Origin: a bacterium | GTDB lineage: Bacteria > Patescibacteriota > Microgenomatia > Daviesbacterales > UBA10151 | Length of the DNA: 53,876 bases | Assembly: GCA_021790255.1 (NCBI GenBank) | Contig: JAJYIE010000004.1 | Location: forward strand, 1-53,876 | Direction of reading: 5' to 3' | Shown here: positions 26,495-35,867 of the stretch, in pieces | Position numbering within the stretch: position 1 is the stretch's first letter | How the letters are laid out: the number at the start of each line of letters is the position of its first letter | Program-made: the position numbers and the translations under genes | The notes under the pieces: model-generated | What the model was told of the DNA's origin: nothing | The model's database searches: none | Seen by the model: the letters and a program-made list of their open reading frames with translations, nothing else

Positions 26495-26839
26495 ATGATG
26501 GATAATATCAATACTCCGGGTTATATTTTCAGATATACCCTCTTTTCTATTTTCGGGACACTCATTTGGGGTGTTGCCTGCCTGAGTGTCTTTGCCGCCT
26601 TTTCCACTATGTCTCTTTTTGGTATTGACAACCCTTCCCACTATAATCAATACCAATCGCTTCAAACACTGGCTACCTTGACAATTCCCATCTTTTTCAT
26701 TTTTCCCTTAATTATTTCCGGCTTATTTATTTATTCTTTCAGCAAGAAGCGGACAACCACAATTAAGTTTTCTCTCATCATGCTGGCAATACTGCTTATT
26801 GAATTCAGCCTGGTGCTGAAAGATCTTTTCCAAAGTTAA
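26495..26839 (+). CDS. Hypothetical membrane protein (3 TM)
   Basis: Hydrophobic segments. Confidence 0.6.
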   Translation: MMDNINTPGYIFRYTLFSIFGTLIWGVACLSVFAAFSTMSLFGIDNPSHYNQYQSLQTLATLTIPIFFIFPLIISGLFIYSFSKKRTTTIKFSLIMLAILLIEFSLVLKDLFQS

Positions 26840-26858
26840 AAAGAAAGCTACTTAAGGT

Positions 26859-27326
26859 TTAGTCTCGCCAGAATTTTGGGGAGCGGCCATGATGTTTTGG
26901 AGTATAACTTTCCCCGCCACCGGTCAGAGGGGTTACTTTTACCCCGGAAGAGGATGGGGCGACAGTCACCTGAGGAGTGGGGGCCGGAGTCGGATCGGAA
27001 TTAGTCAGTTCCGGCGGCAGCTGTGCAGCAGAAGAGTTGTTCCCTGACTGTGCCAGTTTAACCTGCTTATCTTTCAGATTATCCAGGTTATGCAGCATCC
27101 CGACCCACAGCGCCCCGGTTATAACTGTCAGGAGAAAAACTACCAGTAAAATTTGCCGGCGGTATTTTATAAAAGATAACCTTTTATAAATAATGTAAAA
27201 AATAGCGCCTCCTGCCAAAAACGGCAGCAGAAAAAGCGCAAATCGCATAATCAGCAAAATTGCCGCAACCGGCATACTGAGAGAGATAATTTCCCGGCGG
27301 TGATTTTCCCAAAATTGCCTGAACAT
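26859..27326 (-). CDS. Hypothetical membrane protein with Pro/Ser linker
   Basis: Three hydrophobic segments followed by a low-complexity tail. Confidence 0.55.
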   Translation of the reverse strand: MFRQFWENHRREIISLSMPVAAILLIMRFALFLLPFLAGGAIFYIIYKRLSFIKYRRQILLVVFLLTVITGALWVGMLHNLDNLKDKQVKLAQSGNNSSAAQLPPELTNSDPTPAPTPQVTVAPSSSGVKVTPLTGGGESYTPKHHGRSPKFWRD

Positions 27327-27384
27327 TTGAGGCCAATTTTATACTTATATCTTGTAAAAAACAATAATCTAGATAATGCCGGGG

Positions 27385-29484
27385 CTACTCAAAAGAAAAC
27401 TGGCTCACGCTGTTCCAGTCTTTTTCAGATATTACTGCCATTTTTTGATCGGATAAAAGATAGAGGTAGTCATTAATATAAGCTGCCCTTCTGACCCCGG
27501 GCAAATCCACCGCTGTTCGCAGGGTCAGGCCGTTATCGTAGGAAAAAATATAGCCACCTTTGCTGCCGGGGATAAAGAAGATTTTATGCACGGGGTCTTT
27601 CAAGAAAGCGTGGGGGTTATTTTGGACATCGGTGTAGTACTCATCCAGGTTATATTTGGCTATCTCCTGAGGGCTTTGGGGACTGCTGACATCAAAAAGT
27701 GATAATTTAACCTGATGGCCATCCCTGCCTACTCCCAAAATTGTATTTTCCTCCAAAGGATCAAGATAAGAAGAAAATCCAGGGATGCTCAGTTCCCCTG
27801 TTACAGCTGGATTTTGCGGATCAGACAGGTCCAGCACAAAAAACGGGTCCGTTTGTTTGAATGTTACAATATACCCCCGTCCACCCACAAAACGGGCTGA
27901 AAAAATCCGCTCTCCTTTGCCCAAATCTTTTATTGATCCGGTAATCTGCAGTTTATCATCTAAAACATAGACGTCATTGACCGTTTCACTGCTCTCACCC
28001 ATCAGGCTGCCGCTGATTGTTGTGGCCAGCCGTAAATTACCCTGATACTCATCAAGCGAGAACTGGTTTAAAAGTATTCCTGGAACTGTGCCGTTTGCCT
28101 CGACCGTAAAATCACCGAGGGAAGCTTTTACTATCCCTGAGGAAGAGAGCTCACGCAAGTGGGCGCTGGTGTAATCTTTCAGGCGGTTTTGGAGATCCGT
28201 TTCCATCTTCAGCCGCTGGTTATCAGAGAGGGAATTCTCATAACCATTTAAAATAACCCCGATTTCAGTAAGTTTGGCCTGGTCAGAGATATCCAGAGTC
28301 GATAATTTCTGCAGCCTCCTGAGCATCTCCTCCGGTAACAAACCCACGCCCTTTTGGGTAAAAAAATCCAGCATCAGCTTTGCCTGGTTGGGATAAAAAC
28401 CATAAGTAATATACAAAGCATCCGGGGACATATAAGTCACTGACGAGGCGGAAGCTCCCAGAAAAGTAAAACTTTTTTCCAGGCTGCCGCTTCGAAAGTC
28501 AATCCGGCTGGCGGTATAGGTGGTATCTGCTGCCGTGGAAGTTGTCGGATAATAGATATCCGTACAGGGAATAGAAATTTTACCGACAGGCAGGTCCAGC
28601 GGTGTCAGCGGACAGGGGTGGGCACGGTTAACCGACTGTGAGATCACCAGGTAAAGTTTTCCGTTTAAAAAGCGGGCTGCCGCCAGCTGACTGCCCTCAT
28701 TAAGACTCATCTGCCAAGCCTGTTTGGGGTTTGCCGGATCAGAAACATCATAAGCGTAAATGGTCCCGCCGGCAAAAACTGCCAGACGGCTGCCTTCCAA
28801 AAGTAAATCACCGCTTTTATCAATTTTTCCCGGCTGGCTTAGCTTCTGCGGTGGAAAAGCGGAAATTATTTTTGTCTCCCCCGAAGGTACCGACGGCATT
28901 GGGTAAACTGTGCTTTTGGTAACGGGTGATCCAGAAGCAGGAGTGGACGGGGCGCTGACTTGACCGGGCGAAGCTACACCTACCCCAGAAGATGTGCCAC
29001 GCATCGGATAAAAAACATTTGCCTGTGGCGAGAAATAAATATTGTTTCCAGAAATCTTAACAATATCCGGCTCATCAATACCCGGAACCTGGACATTGGT
29101 TTCCGAGGTCCGCTGAACGGATGAAGCAGCGTCTTCGGGAGTTATTCCTTGACTTACCCCCAGAGCGCTTTGTGGCTCACCAAGGATCTTTACCTGGGTC
29201 GCACCGGTACCTAGCCCTGGCATAGCAAAATTCTGGCTGCCTTTGGCCAGATAATTTTTAATGTCCTGCTCTGAAGTAAATCTTTTAATCTCCACACCGA
29301 CCGGTAGTTCCTTCTCAGACACTATGGGCAATTTTAAAAATAAACTTTTTATATCCGGTTCAAGGAGGAATCCTACCAGACCAATAAGGACAATCACAAC
29401 TCCCACAAAAACTGCAGGTTTAAAACGGGGAAATACCAGGCATTTTTTCGGCTCGGGCGCAGCGGGTATCTCTTCCATTAGCAC
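27385..29484 (-). CDS. Secreted beta-propeller domain protein (Beta_propel family)
   Basis: TNVQVPGIDEPDIVK, NQFSLDEY, GERIFSARF, TFKQTDPFFVLDLS, IPGFSSYL. Confidence 0.88.
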   Translation of the reverse strand: MLMEEIPAAPEPKKCLVFPRFKPAVFVGVVIVLIGLVGFLLEPDIKSLFLKLPIVSEKELPVGVEIKRFTSEQDIKNYLAKGSQNFAMPGLGTGATQVKILGEPQSALGVSQGITPEDAASSVQRTSETNVQVPGIDEPDIVKISGNNIYFSPQANVFYPMRGTSSGVGVASPGQVSAPSTPASGSPVTKSTVYPMPSVPSGETKIISAFPPQKLSQPGKIDKSGDLLLEGSRLAVFAGGTIYAYDVSDPANPKQAWQMSLNEGSQLAAARFLNGKLYLVISQSVNRAHPCPLTPLDLPVGKISIPCTDIYYPTTSTAADTTYTASRIDFRSGSLEKSFTFLGASASSVTYMSPDALYITYGFYPNQAKLMLDFFTQKGVGLLPEEMLRRLQKLSTLDISDQAKLTEIGVILNGYENSLSDNQRLKMETDLQNRLKDYTSAHLRELSSSGIVKASLGDFTVEANGTVPGILLNQFSLDEYQGNLRLATTISGSLMGESSETVNDVYVLDDKLQITGSIKDLGKGERIFSARFVGGRGYIVTFKQTDPFFVLDLSDPQNPAVTGELSIPGFSSYLDPLEENTILGVGRDGHQVKLSLFDVSSPQSPQEIAKYNLDEYYTDVQNNPHAFLKDPVHKIFFIPGSKGGYIFSYDNGLTLRTAVDLPGVRRAAYINDYLYLLSDQKMAVISEKDWNSVSQFSFE

Positions 29485-29519
29485 TAATATACTACATTTT
29501 AGAATTTAGGTGGTAGGAT

Positions 29520-29566
29520 TTCGAGAGCATCCGGCAGCTGAGAGGTAAATTCTCGCTTCTCTCGAA
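29520..29566. repeat. Palindromic element downstream of rpsI
   Basis: TTCGAGAG (29520-27) / CTCTCGAA (29559-66), perfect 8-bp arms. Confidence 0.55.
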
Positions 29567-29582
29567 GAATAATTATATGGAA

Positions 29583-29990
29583 TTACCGTTTCGGAGATTG
29601 TTTCTTAGCTCTGGCCCGGCCGCCCTGGCCCATCTTGCGGCGCTCCTTGACCCGCGCATCGCGGGTCAAAAGCCCCTGGACTTTCAAAAGTGAGCGGTGC
29701 TCCTGGTCAATCTGGGCAAGTGAGCGGGAGAGGCCGTGGACAATTGCCCCCAGTTGGGAATAAACTCCGCCGCCCTCCACTTTAATTGTGGCAGTATATT
29801 TACCCAATGTTTTGGTTACCTCAAATGGTTTCTGGTAAGCTTTTTGAAAAAGCAGCCCGGGGAACACTTCATTGATCGGCCGGTTGTTGACCAGAACGGG
29901 GCTGTTACCCTCCAGCACCCTGACCCGGGCAATTGCCTCTTTGCGCCGCCCGATACCCTGATAACCTTTTTTCTTATTTGACTCCGCCAT
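29583..29990 (-). CDS. rpsI: 30S ribosomal protein S9
   Basis: GRRKEAIARV, LLTRDARVKERRK, QSPKR. Confidence 0.97.
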   Translation of the reverse strand: MAESNKKKGYQGIGRRKEAIARVRVLEGNSPVLVNNRPINEVFPGLLFQKAYQKPFEVTKTLGKYTATIKVEGGGVYSQLGAIVHGLSRSLAQIDQEHRSLLKVQGLLTRDARVKERRKMGQGGRARAKKQSPKR

Positions 29991-30453
29991 TTTGTGTCTC
30001 CTTTACTTCCGGTGTCTTCGGGGTCTGCTCATGTTCCGACGAGGTAACCTGCCTTTTAAAGGGATGCTCACTGCCTGAGAAAACATGCAAGCGCTTAAGC
30101 ATCAGGCTGCCCAGTTTATTCTTAGGCAGCATTCCCCGGACAGCATGAATTATAATCTGTTCGGGTCTTTCTTGTCTAACCTGAGCAAGAGTTTCTTCTT
30201 TATATCCTCCGGGGAATCCTGAGTGGCGGACATATTTTTTGGCAGTTTCTTTTTTCCCGCTCACTTTAATCTGGGCGGCATTGATTACAACCACACTGTC
30301 GCCACTGTCTAAGAAAGGTACAAATCCGGGCTTATTTTTCCCGCTTAAACGCCTGGCTGTCTCGGAAGCAAAACGGCCCAAGATTTGGTTTCTTGCGTTC
30401 ATCAAATGCCACTGCCGGTAGATATTTTTTGCTGATAAATTATTAGTAGACAT
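29974..30453 (-). CDS. rplM: 50S ribosomal protein L13
   Basis: ILGRFAS, GKNKP, DSGDSVVVINA, VRGMLPKN. Confidence 0.97.
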   Translation of the reverse strand: MSTNNLSAKNIYRQWHLMNARNQILGRFASETARRLSGKNKPGFVPFLDSGDSVVVINAAQIKVSGKKETAKKYVRHSGFPGGYKEETLAQVRQERPEQIIIHAVRGMLPKNKLGSLMLKRLHVFSGSEHPFKRQVTSSEHEQTPKTPEVKETQNGGVK

Positions 30454-30488
30454 GGTGTTTGGCGCGCGGCCCTCCTACACCCTGCGCG

Positions 30489-30932
30489 TTATTTCTTCTC
30501 CTTCTCTTTCGTCTTAGATTCAGCTTTCTCTTTGACTTCTGCGGTTTTCTTCTCAGCTGCCGGATGCTTTACTTCTTCCCCTTCAGCCAGGCTCATTCTA
30601 ACCATCATTGTCCCATCGCCGGACCGTGCTCCCATCCGCACCAGACGGGTAAAACCTGACGCGCGGTTTTTATAGCGTGGGGTGATCTCTTCGATTAGCT
30701 TCTTAATAACTTCTTTTTGGGCCAAAGATGCAGCCAGCACATTACGGTCAGCCTGGCTACCATTTTTACTTTTGACCACCAAGCGGTCAAACAGGCCACG
30801 GACAGCCTTGGCTTTCGTTTCACTGGTAACAATTGCTTCCTCGAGAATCAAGCTACGGAGTAACCCTTTAAAAAGGGCTGTACGTTGATTTTTGTTGCGT
30901 CCAAGGTGCTTACCATAAACTCTATGCCTCAC
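30489..30932 (-). CDS. rplQ: 50S ribosomal protein L17
   Basis: MRHRVYGKHLGR, TSETKAK, RASGFTR. Confidence 0.97.
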   Translation of the reverse strand: MRHRVYGKHLGRNKNQRTALFKGLLRSLILEEAIVTSETKAKAVRGLFDRLVVKSKNGSQADRNVLAASLAQKEVIKKLIEEITPRYKNRASGFTRLVRMGARSGDGTMMVRMSLAEGEEVKHPAAEKKTAEVKEKAESKTKEKEKK

Positions 30933-31830
30933 TTAAACTCAAACCCCTTTCTGTAAGCTTCTCGGTAATCAGGTTTATGGATTGAACTCCAAGGTTTTTA
31001 GTTTTCAAAAGCTGGGTACGGGGGGTGGTTGTCAGCCGCTCAACGGTATCAATATCAATTGCTTTTAAGGCGTTAGTTATTCTCACCGGCAAATCCAGCT
31101 CCTCGACACTTAACTTTAAAACTTCATTGGAGACGCTCGGCACCACAGTCTCTTCCGCTTCAAAAGTCGGCTCAAAAATCTGCTTAAAATAATCACTTAA
31201 AACCTTGGCGCTGTAAATTAGAGCTTCCTGGGCATCCACCGTCCCGTCGGTAGTGACACGCATCACCAGCTTATCGAAGTTTGCTTTCCTGCCTACCCGG
31301 GTCGGCTCAATATGATAATCCACAGCCAAAATCGGTGAGAAAATAGAATCAACCATAATCACACCCAGCTCAGCTGTTTTCTTCTCGTCTGCCAGAACAT
31401 ACCCCACACCTTTTTCCACTGTCATTTCAATGTTAAGTTTCGCCCCGGCAGTGTTTAAAGAAGCAATATGCTGATCAGGATTGACAATTTCTCCTGCTCC
31501 CAGAGTATCAATATCCCGGGCCTTTACCTCACTCTTACCCGAGGTGTGAAGGCGCATTTTCACCGGCCCGTCGGAGAACAGCTTAATTCGCACCTTCTTT
31601 AAGTTAAGGATAATTTCCGTAACATCCTCGGAAATGCCGTTGATGGTAGAAAATTGGTGAGAAACTCCGTCAATTTTTATAGAGGAGATTGCTGCCCCGG
31701 ATAAGCCAGTTAAGAGAACCCTGCGCAGGCAATTACCGATGGTGTGGCCAAAACCGCTCTCCAGCGGTTCAATGGCAAAAGTGGTGGTATTGCCATCTTC
31801 TTCAATTTTGTTAACTTTAAAATAAGTCAT
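30922..31830 (-). CDS. rpoA: RNA polymerase alpha subunit
   Basis: EPLESGFGHTIGNCLRRVLL, HQFSTINGISEDV, LPVRITNAL. Confidence 0.97.
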   Translation of the reverse strand: MTYFKVNKIEEDGNTTTFAIEPLESGFGHTIGNCLRRVLLTGLSGAAISSIKIDGVSHQFSTINGISEDVTEIILNLKKVRIKLFSDGPVKMRLHTSGKSEVKARDIDTLGAGEIVNPDQHIASLNTAGAKLNIEMTVEKGVGYVLADEKKTAELGVIMVDSIFSPILAVDYHIEPTRVGRKANFDKLVMRVTTDGTVDAQEALIYSAKVLSDYFKQIFEPTFEAEETVVPSVSNEVLKLSVEELDLPVRITNALKAIDIDTVERLTTTPRTQLLKTKNLGVQSINLITEKLTERGLSLSEA

Positions 31831-31840
31831 ATTTAAAATA

Positions 31841-32446
31841 TTACCTGCTGTAGTACTCAACAATCAACTGCTCGGCTATGCCCTGCTCCATCTCATCCCT
31901 GCTCGGCGCTCTTAAAACCTTGCCTACTGTGGCTTTTCTTTCCAGCCAGCTCGGCAAGGTTGATTGCGACTCTAAACTCTTTCGAACTTGTGTATTATCT
32001 AACATTTTTCCCCAAATAGCAACAGTTGATCCTGGTTTAACTTGGAAGGAGGGAATATTCATTTTTTTGCCGTTAACCAAGATGTGATTATGGGAAACCA
32101 GCTGCCTGGCTCCGGCCCGGGAAGGGGAAAAACTCAACCGGTAAACTACATTATCCAGCCTCATCTCCAAAAGCTCCAACAGTCTACTGCCGGTATTGCC
32201 ACGGGAGCGGCTGGCCGCTTTATAATAGTTGGCAAACTGTTTTTCCAAAACACCGAAGATACGGCGGGCTTTTTGCTTTTCCCGCAACTGGATGCCGTAC
32301 TCTGAAACTTTGCGCCTTAAACGGGCATTACCATGCTGGCCGGGCGGAACTGCTCCCTTTCTTTCAATAAACTCAGTATCCTTGGCAAAAAGGGCTACTT
32401 TTTCCCGCCTGCTTAATCTTCTTTTTGGTCCTGTATACCTGGCCAT
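31841..32446 (-). CDS. rpsD: 30S ribosomal protein S4
   Basis: MARYTGP, PPGQHG, QLREKQK, LEMRLDNVVYR, IVEYYSR. Confidence 0.97.
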   Translation of the reverse strand: MARYTGPKRRLSRREKVALFAKDTEFIERKGAVPPGQHGNARLRRKVSEYGIQLREKQKARRIFGVLEKQFANYYKAASRSRGNTGSRLLELLEMRLDNVVYRLSFSPSRAGARQLVSHNHILVNGKKMNIPSFQVKPGSTVAIWGKMLDNTQVRKSLESQSTLPSWLERKATVGKVLRAPSRDEMEQGIAEQLIVEYYSR

Positions 32447-32851
32447 TTACACTCTCCTCTTCTTCTTGGCCCTTGGGCCGTTATAGGGCACCGGGGTAAC
32501 ATCAGCAATCATGGTAATATTTAAACCGGCATTGCGCAGGGCCCTGATGGAAGCATCGCGGCCTGGTCCGGGGCCTTTAATGTAAACTTCCGCCGAGGTC
32601 ATTCCCAACTCCCGGGCTTTATTTGCCACCTCAGAGACTGCAGTGATGGCAGCATAAGGCGTGGACTTGCGGGCACCTTTAAAGCCGCTGGCGCCGGAAG
32701 AGCTCCAGGCCACGGCATTTCCCAGGTGGTCAGTTAAAGTTACCAGAGTATTATTAAACGTGGCTGTAACATAAAAGCGGCCTGATGAAACCTGCCTGGG
32801 AGCAGCTTTTTTGGCAGTTTTCGCTTTATTGGTTTGTACTTTTTTTGCCAT
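32447..32851 (-). CDS. rpsK: 30S ribosomal protein S11
   Basis: ATFNNT, GARKSTPYAA, GPGPGR, DVTPVPYNGPR. Confidence 0.97.
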   Translation of the reverse strand: MAKKVQTNKAKTAKKAAPRQVSSGRFYVTATFNNTLVTLTDHLGNAVAWSSSGASGFKGARKSTPYAAITAVSEVANKARELGMTSAEVYIKGPGPGRDASIRALRNAGLNITMIADVTPVPYNGPRAKKKRRV

Positions 32852-32919
32852 ATTTATTATTTGAAAACAAGTTTAAAATCTTCCTAAACGTGGTTGTCAG
32901 TCCGAGCGAAGCCAGAGAA

Positions 32920-33294
32920 CTACTTTTCCTCCTTTTTCACGGTTCCGATTGTCTTCCTCTTACCACGCTTGGTTCGGGCATTGGAGCGGGTTCTCTGTCC
33001 CCGGACCGGCAATCCCCTGCGATGGCGCAGCCCCCTGTAGGTCCCAGTCTCCTCCAAACGGCGGATGTTGCCCGCCACTTCCTGACGCAGGTCACCTTCC
33101 ACGGTAAAAGAATCCAGTGCTTTCTGTAACCGGCCTACCTCTTCCTCTGAAATGTCCTTAACCCTCTTGCTGCCTTCCACAGCTGCTTTGGCCATTAATT
33201 GGACCACGTTTGACCGGCCTATACCATAAATGTATGTCAACCCAATGTCAACCCTCTTATTATCCGGTATTTCAACTCCAGCAATTCTAGCCAT
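32920..33294 (-). CDS. rpsM: 30S ribosomal protein S13
   Basis: MARIAGV, LTYIYGIG, VEGDLR, LPVRGQRT. Confidence 0.97.
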   Translation of the reverse strand: MARIAGVEIPDNKRVDIGLTYIYGIGRSNVVQLMAKAAVEGSKRVKDISEEEVGRLQKALDSFTVEGDLRQEVAGNIRRLEETGTYRGLRHRRGLPVRGQRTRSNARTKRGKRKTIGTVKKEEK

Positions 33295-33422
33295 TACTTT
33301 TGATTCCTCCGCCATAAATCAGCCGGACATTCCTGGGCAGCATCAGCCATCAATCTAATCATTGTCAAATCTCGTAGATCCTCCCTGGTTTTAATATACC
33401 TTCTGGCTTCTATAGTACTCAT
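33294..33422 (-). CDS. 42-aa ORF inserted between rpmJ and rpsM
   Basis: The ATG is 2 nt after the rpmJ stop, and its TAA overlaps the rpsM ATG (TAATG). Confidence 0.5.
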   Translation of the reverse strand: MSTIEARRYIKTREDLRDLTMIRLMADAAQECPADLWRRNQK

Positions 33423-33424
33423 AT

Positions 33425-33541
33425 TTATCCTTGGCGTTGTTTATGGCGCGGGTCGCGGGAACAGATTACATATAACACGCCCTCGCGCTTGACTATTTTA
33501 CAAAATTTACACCTCTTTTTAATGCTTGCTTGTACTTTCAT
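33425..33541 (-). CDS. rpmJ: 50S ribosomal protein L36 (Zn-binding type)
   Basis: Hand translation [38 protein letters not shown]. Confidence 0.97.
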   Translation of the reverse strand: MKVQASIKKRCKFCKIVKREGVLYVICSRDPRHKQRQG

Positions 33542-33556
33542 TTCTTAGTCTCCTTA

Positions 33557-33799
33557 TTATCTTAGCCGAAACGTTATCCTCGCCTTCTCCAGATCGTACT
33601 TCGGACTCATCTCCATCCTGACCCGATCCCCTGCCAAAAGTTTTATATAATGCATGCGCATTTTACCGGAAATGTGGGCCAAAATCACTCTCCCAACCAG
33701 TTCCGGCAGACTTTCCGCCCGGTCAATCTCTACCCGGAAAAGGGTGTTGGGTAAAACTTCAGTAATTTTCCCTTCTACCTCGATAACGTCGTTATTCAT
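33557..33799 (-). CDS. infA: Translation initiation factor IF-1
   Basis: [34 protein letters not shown]. Confidence 0.96.
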   Translation of the reverse strand: MNNDVIEVEGKITEVLPNTLFRVEIDRAESLPELVGRVILAHISGKMRMHYIKLLAGDRVRMEMSPKYDLEKARITFRLR

Positions 33800-33852
33800 G
33801 CAAATTTCAAATCAGCCCAACAAAAACCCTGCATCCCTTGCAAAGCTTCCAC

Positions 33853-33881
33853 ATTTTATCAGGAATAGCTTCAAAATACAA
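33853..33881 (-). promoter_or_regulatory. Sigma70-type promoter for the infA-rpmJ-alpha operon
   Basis: TTGTAT-17 bp-TAAAAT on the minus strand. Confidence 0.65.
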
Positions 33882-33929
33882 CTCTATCTTGATGGAACAC
33901 CAGATGCTGTTTTGCTAGAATAAATTTAG

Positions 33930-34925
33930 ATGGACAATGAGGCAAATACTGAATCCGAAATTATGGCCGGGGAGAGCAGTCAGGTACCGGAGCGACAGCC
34001 ACAGGTCGAAAAAAAGCTGAACAGCGCTTTATCTTTAGAAAATATTTACTGCCAGATTTACCAAAATACTCATGGCGAAAATCCTCTGCAAGTGCTGGAG
34101 GCCCAAAAAACAGCTGAGCTACGGCAATTAAACCCACCCGGAAGCAGCAATTCTACATCTGACGAAATGGAAAGGATGTGGGCTACCAGCCGGGAATACT
34201 CGGTGAAAGAAGTCGGTTTTCCAAATCAGGAAATTGGCGAATTGCATAACATGATGCCCCACGGGCGGGACTTTTTTGCCAGTACCGAGTATAAAACCGC
34301 CCTTTTGCAGTCTGCCATTAAATTAGACGAGTTCGTTCACAACAAAACTGACAACAGCGACATGCTCGCAGAAAGACTGGCCAGGGAAAAATTAACCTGG
34401 CAAACCGCCATAGTCCGGAATTTACACAACGCCGCTCAGGATGAGGGGTCTATTGATATTGACTCAGCGTCCGTTTTAAAGTCTTTAATCGAAGACGAGA
34501 AGCCCGTTGATGGAGACAGGGAATTTTATCAACTGGATGAAAAAACCGCCAGAGAATTTTCTGTTCAGCTGAGTACAGTATTACACGAGATAGGGTTATC
34601 CGATGAAGAAATCAAAGCCGGAAAAGAGCTTTTATGTGAATCCCTTGGCATAAAATTGGAGCCTACCCACCCAGTTGGAGAAGAAAATCCGCTGTCCTGT
34701 CAAAGCGCTCTCCCCCCAGCTGAATTACCTAAGTTAACCAGCCTCCTCAAATCAGAATACGCCGGCAGCCTCTTAATTCCATTGTTCCATTACAATTTTC
34801 AAGAAACCAAAGATCCAGCAGCTTTTGCTAAACAGTCTCTCGACCGCCAAATCTGGTTAGCCCATCCGGAAAGATATGATCTGGACAAAGTTAAAACCGC
34901 CTATTACCGCTCAGTCATCCCCTAG
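33930..34925 (+). CDS. Hypothetical protein (N-terminal part of an amber-interrupted frame)
   Basis: 331 aa; the TAG at 34923 is in frame with the next ORF. Confidence 0.65.
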   Translation: MDNEANTESEIMAGESSQVPERQPQVEKKLNSALSLENIYCQIYQNTHGENPLQVLEAQKTAELRQLNPPGSSNSTSDEMERMWATSREYSVKEVGFPNQEIGELHNMMPHGRDFFASTEYKTALLQSAIKLDEFVHNKTDNSDMLAERLAREKLTWQTAIVRNLHNAAQDEGSIDIDSASVLKSLIEDEKPVDGDREFYQLDEKTAREFSVQLSTVLHEIGLSDEEIKAGKELLCESLGIKLEPTHPVGEENPLSCQSALPPAELPKLTSLLKSEYAGSLLIPLFHYNFQETKDPAAFAKQSLDRQIWLAHPERYDLDKVKTAYYRSVIP

Positions 34926-34964
34926 GCCTTACAGATACTAGAAAACAGAACCAATACCCCGGAG

Positions 34965-35867
34965 TTGAACCGGCAGATGGCTCTGGTAAAAGCAGCCTGG
35001 CAAAATGGAGAGTTATTGGACCACGAAGGCGATGTACGGCAATTTTTGGATGATGCAGTTGAATTTAGAAACCGAGAAAATGGCCTGGCCAGGGTGAGTG
35101 TGAAGGGATTTGAATTTTTTCCAATCGATTCAATCAGCAACCGTTCGATAGCAGAAGACGTTCTCTCTCTTCTGCCTGCAGGTTTTGATAAGAATGGCCT
35201 GCCAGCAATTACGTATGAAGACATCTCTTATTTGAGTGTAGACGTGCAAAAAGACAACTCCGCGGGAGAAAATACTATTACCCAGGGGAGAATCTTAGGT
35301 CGGACTGGTCCAGGCAATTTAGACGTTTATCAGGACAGCCAATTTGCTGAAAAAATCTTAGGTCAGGATAACCCACTAGAAGCCATCACCACCAAGAGGG
35401 AGAGGCTGAAACAAACTTTCGCCCACGAGATTGGTCACCACTGGTTCGATCAATTAAGACATAGGTATAAAGACAAGTTGGAAGTTGTTATGAAGCTTCT
35501 GGAAGATGACTTTAGCCAAGACAAAGATCTCTTCAATACCGGTATTAGCTCTTATTACGGCACAGCCGTAGAAGTCTTCCGCCGGCACCATCAGGAAGGG
35601 GCAGCCCAGCGAAGAATGTTTTTGGAAGGCGGAGCCCAGGAAGATCTAAGTTACAGAATAAATTCCGGAGTTTCTCCTTTTATTATGATCAACGAAACGA
35701 TAGCGGGCATCTGGGAAATATCCCAAGATCCGGAGAAATTGGCCAGACTTCAGAAAGAACTACCCGGTCACTTCGAACTTTACCGCTGCATGAAAGAAGA
35801 AGGATATTTGGAATCGAAGTTATCTGTCCAAACTGGCAATAAACCTAATACTTCCGCCAGTCAGTGA
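34965..35867 (+). CDS. Putative zinc metallopeptidase domain protein (HEXXH)
   Basis: FAHEIGHHW plus downstream NETIA (gluzincin-like third ligand). Confidence 0.65.
   Translation: MNRQMALVKAAWQNGELLDHEGDVRQFLDDAVEFRNRENGLARVSVKGFEFFPIDSISNRSIAEDVLSLLPAGFDKNGLPAITYEDISYLSVDVQKDNSAGENTITQGRILGRTGPGNLDVYQDSQFAEKILGQDNPLEAITTKRERLKQTFAHEIGHHWFDQLRHRYKDKLEVVMKLLEDDFSQDKDLFNTGISSYYGTAVEVFRRHHQEGAAQRRMFLEGGAQEDLSYRINSGVSPFIMINETIAGIWEISQDPEKLARLQKELPGHFELYRCMKEEGYLESKLSVQTGNKPNTSASQ

Noticed and set aside
24200-34925. Alternative genetic code suggested by in-frame TGA (24200) and TAG (34923)
   Set aside because: TGA terminates rplD, rpsE, rplO and secY, and TAG terminates rpsC, rpsQ, rplW, rpoA and tuf at normal lengths, so the standard code applies.
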